The notes beneath the pieces were generated by a model that was given only the letters and a program-made list of their open reading frames with translations, was not told the DNA's origin and searched no databases. Position numbers and translations under genes: made by a program. A DNA stretch of 63,902 nucleotides, filler included. It is 5 parts of 5 records of this genome, joined end to end, with 100 filler letters (N's around TTAATTAATTAA, not from the genome) between each part and the next. Parts side by side here need not be neighbours in the genome. Positions count along the whole stretch, not along the records: positions 58,108 to 63,902 come from SRR20825019_1408; 4 more parts are not named here. One strand, 5' to 3'. Numbering within the stretch: the stretch's first letter is position 1; every line of letters starts with the position of its first letter. This document shows, piece by piece, positions 60,759-63,902 of the stretch.

Positions 60759-61462
60759 TCATCCGCGCCAGCATCAAGCAATGACCGGCGGGTGACACCG
60801 TTCTTCTGATCCATCCAGCCACCAAGCACTGTCAGCCAGACCGCAATCAATGGCAGCAGCGCGATATCCTGATCCATCACCCACAATGTGCCGCTCGCCA
60901 GTACACACCACGCCATCGGCACAGGCAATAAAATCCAGCGCCACGACCCGCGCGCCAGCAGGATAAAGCCAAGCGTCCCGATGACCGTCGGATCGGCAGC
61001 ACTGCCAAACAGTTCCGCCTGTATCAGGTCGCGTCCTTCGATCAAGCCGACAAAGGGATAGACGAAAATCGCAATCGCGATCATCACTACCCCGGCAATG
61101 CAGGAAAAATCACCGCGCCAGCCAAATCGCAAAGGCATCCGGCGCGCGGCAAACATCACCATCAACAATGCCTCGGTAATAAAGGCCGGAATGAAATACG
61201 GGATTATCCAGTTGATCGGCTGGTAATAATACCAAAGGAAGCCCGCACTCACCCAGCCCCAGATCATCGCCAGCAGAACAAGCGCCACCCGGTTGCCGCG
61301 ATTGCCATGCCGGATGGAAAGACCAAATGTGATCATCCCCGCGACCAGTGCGGCACTCACCGCCAGCCACCACGTGGTATTCAGCGTTTCAAACAGCCGG
61401 TAATAAACGCGCGGCGAAAACAGCAGAAAATCTGCCAGACTGTAGCTCCACCATTCGCTCAT
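60755..61462 (-). CDS. DUF6064-like membrane protein
   Basis: MSEWWSYSLADFLLFSPRVYYRLFE...FGSAADPTVIGTLG; multiple TM helices. Confidence 0.65.
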   Translation of the reverse strand: MSEWWSYSLADFLLFSPRVYYRLFETLNTTWWLAVSAALVAGMITFGLSIRHGNRGNRVALVLLAMIWGWVSAGFLWYYYQPINWIIPYFIPAFITEALLMVMFAARRMPLRFGWRGDFSCIAGVVMIAIAIFVYPFVGLIEGRDLIQAELFGSAADPTVIGTLGFILLARGSWRWILLPVPMAWCVLASGTLWVMDQDIALLPLIAVWLTVLGGWMDQKNGVTRRSLLDAGADD

Positions 61463-62400
61463 CACAGGCCCCCGATCACGGCAGCAATACGTTGGCGCAT
61501 GTCGTCATCGGGCATCGGGCCGGTGGCGGCCTGCATGTTTTCCATGGCGTGCATCGGTTGCGTGGTTGCCGGGATCGGGCAGGTTACCGCCGAGTGAGAT
61601 ATCAGATATTTCAGGATCAGCTGCGCCCAGCTTTTTGCCTCGATCTCGGCGGCAAAATCGGGAAGCTTTTCACCTTCTAAGCGGTCAATCAGACTGCCAC
61701 CGCGAAACGGTCGATTGACGATCACGGCAATGCCGCGTTCCTCGGCCAGCGGTAAAAGGTAATCCTCAACCTTGCGATCCACCGGGTTATAAGTCACCTG
61801 CACGAAATCAATCGGCGTGTTTTTCATCACCGCCATCAAATCATCGGTTCGCCTGCCATGCGATGTCGTAACGCCGACATAACGCAGCCGTCCGGCATCC
61901 TTCATATCAAACAGAAGCGGCAGGTTGTCGTTGATACCCACCAGATTATGAACCTGCAACAGGTCAAATTTTTCGATGTTCCAGTGCTCGGATGTTTGCG
62001 CGATCTGTTCGGCACCATCATCCGAAGTCCAAACCTTGTCGGTGGAAAATACCCGGTCGCGCGCGCCCAGTTTATCAAGCCCGTAACCGATCACCTCCTG
62101 GGATGATCCATACATCGGCGAGCTGTCGATCATGCGTCCGCCCCCGTCAAAAAACGCCTGCATGACATTGGCGCACTGATCGCGCAAAACCGGATCATTC
62201 CCGACATTAAACGTGATCCAGCTGCCCAGACCGACCGCCGGGATCATTTCACCACTGGACGGGATCGGCTTTTTGATCACATCGGGGATCTTGCGATTAT
62301 CAAGCGTTTGCGCCCAAAGCGGCTTGATCGCGCCAAGGCCCGCTATTGCGCCAATCGCCGTCGCCCCACGAAGGAAATTCCGTCGACCCAGAAAAAACAT
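61462..62400 (-). CDS. Aldo/keto reductase with twin-arginine signal peptide
   Basis: GRRNFLRG N-terminus; IDSSPMYG, DLLQVHNL and CPIPAT motifs. Confidence 0.88.
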   Translation of the reverse strand: MFFLGRRNFLRGATAIGAIAGLGAIKPLWAQTLDNRKIPDVIKKPIPSSGEMIPAVGLGSWITFNVGNDPVLRDQCANVMQAFFDGGGRMIDSSPMYGSSQEVIGYGLDKLGARDRVFSTDKVWTSDDGAEQIAQTSEHWNIEKFDLLQVHNLVGINDNLPLLFDMKDAGRLRYVGVTTSHGRRTDDLMAVMKNTPIDFVQVTYNPVDRKVEDYLLPLAEERGIAVIVNRPFRGGSLIDRLEGEKLPDFAAEIEAKSWAQLILKYLISHSAVTCPIPATTQPMHAMENMQAATGPMPDDDMRQRIAAVIGGL

Positions 62401-62507
62401 CGCAATCCCAACATTGTCGTTTCAAACCGGTCACAGCTTAGAAGGTGGTCAGATTACCCTGCGGACGCAACCGCAAGCTGTTGCACAAACTGGCAAAAAA
62501 TTCGCGC

Positions 62508-62538
62508 TTGACCTAAAGTACACTCCAGCAGCTAGCCT
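62508..62538 (+). promoter_or_regulatory. MerR-type promoter (19-bp spacer with dyad)
   Basis: TTGACC-19 bp-TAGCCT with dyad CTAAAGT-AC-ACTCCAG. Confidence 0.8.
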
Positions 62539-62562
62539 TTTGAAAGTTCCCCAAGCTGACAG

Positions 62563-62937
62563 GTGACCGACATGATGATTGGTGAAGTCTCGGCCAAAAG
62601 CGGTTTACCCATTCACACGCTGCGCTATTACGAAAAAATCGGTCTTGTGCCCAAACCGTCACGCGATGCGGGCGGCCGACGGTGCTATGACCCGGAAATT
62701 CTTGACTGGCTGACTTTCATTTCACGCCTCAAGGATCTTGGCATGCCGATCCGTGATCGGGTGCGGTTTGCCCGTCTGCGCAGCGAGGGCGAACAGACGG
62801 TTGGTGAACGGCGGGAACTTCTCGAAATCTATCGGACCGGATTGGCCAAAAAAATCGCCGAACTGACCGAAACCCTCGAAGTGCTTGATTACAAGATCGC
62901 CAACTACGACGAAATCGGCCGCAAGAAAACGGCCTGA
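62563..62937 (+). CDS. MerR-family regulator (AdhR/NmlR-like)
   Basis: IGEVSAKSGLPIHTLRYYEKIGL...RDAGGRRCY. Confidence 0.92.
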   Translation: MTDMMIGEVSAKSGLPIHTLRYYEKIGLVPKPSRDAGGRRCYDPEILDWLTFISRLKDLGMPIRDRVRFARLRSEGEQTVGERRELLEIYRTGLAKKIAELTETLEVLDYKIANYDEIGRKKTA

Positions 62938-62966
62938 CCCCATAATAAACCTCGCAGGAACCCCTT

Positions 62967-63362
62967 ATGGCTGAACAGAAAAACGCGCTCGATGCCGGGC
63001 GCGATGTTGTCGCACGTCTTAATCCACCCCTGGAGGGTGCCTTGGCCGAAAAATACGATGCTCTGGTGCCCGGATTTGCCGAAAGCCTCGTTGAATGGGC
63101 CTACGGCCGCCATTACGCGCGGCCCAACCTTGATCTGAAAACCCGTCAGCTCTGCACGATTTCCGCCCTGACGGTTCTGGGTGGGCAAACCGCACCGCAG
63201 CTTAAGGTCAATATCAGACACAGCCTTGCCGCCGGGGCAACGCGCGAAGAAATCATCGAAGCAATCTGGCAGATGGCGGTTTATGGCGGTCTTCCCGCCG
63301 CGATCAACGGCCTGAATGGCGCACAGGAACTATTTGACGAATTGGACGCCATGGACGCTTAA
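62967..63362 (+). CDS. Carboxymuconolactone decarboxylase family protein
   Basis: WAYGRHYARPNLDLKTRQL...EIIEAIWQMAVYGGLPAA. Confidence 0.88.
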   Translation: MAEQKNALDAGRDVVARLNPPLEGALAEKYDALVPGFAESLVEWAYGRHYARPNLDLKTRQLCTISALTVLGGQTAPQLKVNIRHSLAAGATREEIIEAIWQMAVYGGLPAAINGLNGAQELFDELDAMDA

Positions 63363-63365
63363 AGT

Positions 63366-63400
63366 AAAAAGGCACCGCCGGGAGACCTGCGGTGCCTTTT
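63366..63400. terminator. Bidirectional terminator between the CMD gene and cysS
   Basis: aaaaaggcaccgc-N10-gcggtgcctttt. Confidence 0.85.
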
Positions 63401-63419
63401 CCAATTCAAATCCGACGGA

Positions 63420-63902
63420 TCAAACGCGTTTCCAGCTCGTACCTTCCTTGAAGTCTTCAAGCAGGATACCACGCGCCAAAAGATCATTTCTGATCTGATC
63501 AGCGGTGGTAAAGTCCCGGTTTTTCTTCGCTTCGGCACGCTGCTGGATCAGGCTGTCAATCTCGGCGGCCTCGTCCTCATCGGCAGAACCGGTGAACCAG
63601 GCTTCCGGATCATTTTCAAGAATACCCAGCAACGTTGCCGCCGCCAGAACACGGCCCTTGGCCTCGGCCTTGTCGTATTTCTTGGTCGCCTTGTTCAGTT
63701 CGGTCACCAGTTCATGGAATTCCGCAATCGCCAGCGGCGTATTAAGATCATCACACAGCGCATTCAGGACCGATTCCGGCACCGGAGTGTTTTCCGGTTC
63801 GATATCAGTGGTCTGACGAAGGGCGGTATAGAACCGGTCCAAGGCCTCTTTGGCCTGACGCAGGTTTTCTTCGGTCCAGTTGATCGGCTGATGATAATGG
63901 GT
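63420..63902 (-). CDS. cysS: Cysteine--tRNA ligase, C-terminal part
   Basis: THYHQPINW, LCDDLNTPLA and ADQIRNDLLARGILLED motifs. Confidence 0.93.
   Translation of the reverse strand, partial: THYHQPINWTEENLRQAKEALDRFYTALRQTTDIEPENTPVPESVLNALCDDLNTPLAIAEFHELVTELNKATKKYDKAEAKGRVLAAATLLGILENDPEAWFTGSADEDEAAEIDSLIQQRAEAKKNRDFTTADQIRNDLLARGILLEDFKEGTSWKRV

Overview
This window is not one locus. It is five unrelated bacterial contigs joined by 100-bp artificial linkers (N44-TTAATTAATTAA-N44); taxon calls below are inferred from GC content, gene order and protein similarity. (1) 1-18666 is AT-rich Flavobacteriaceae-like DNA: fumC end, a SatD-like/DUF3307 pair, an interrupted RDD gene, miaE, ccsA, kdsC, MoxR/DUF58, ribH, recF, a TonB receptor and murQ. 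(2) 18767-26070 is a high-GC alphaproteobacterial sugar-catabolism cluster (ABC ATPases, SDR, DeoR, BtpA/SgcQ, FGGY kinase, GMC oxidoreductase). (3) 26171-40565 is Marinobacter-like core genome (rpmE, priA, an Ig-like lipoprotein, argS, ftsN-like, hslVU, patatin, ptsP, rppH, HAD). (4) 40666-58007 is a Rhodospirillales-like accessory patchwork (TRAP transporter, regulators, enolase-family gene, ECF sigma, rocF-rocD, GST, glk, radical SAM, rimK). (5) 58108-63902 is a Thalassospira-like cimA-cysS interval with small cargo genes. No rRNA, tRNA, CRISPR array, integrase or transposase was recognised. Best candidates for undescribed biology: (a) a two-gene operon of a nucleotidyl-cyclase-fold/HTH protein and a His/Asp-motif membrane protein, behind three 29-bp-periodic operator-like boxes and a probably leaderless promoter; (b) two integrase-free cassettes in contig 4, each bracketed by a displaced, diverged copy of the neighbouring gene's 3' end; (c) candidate structured RNAs upstream of the radical SAM gene and around an orphan small gene in contig 5.
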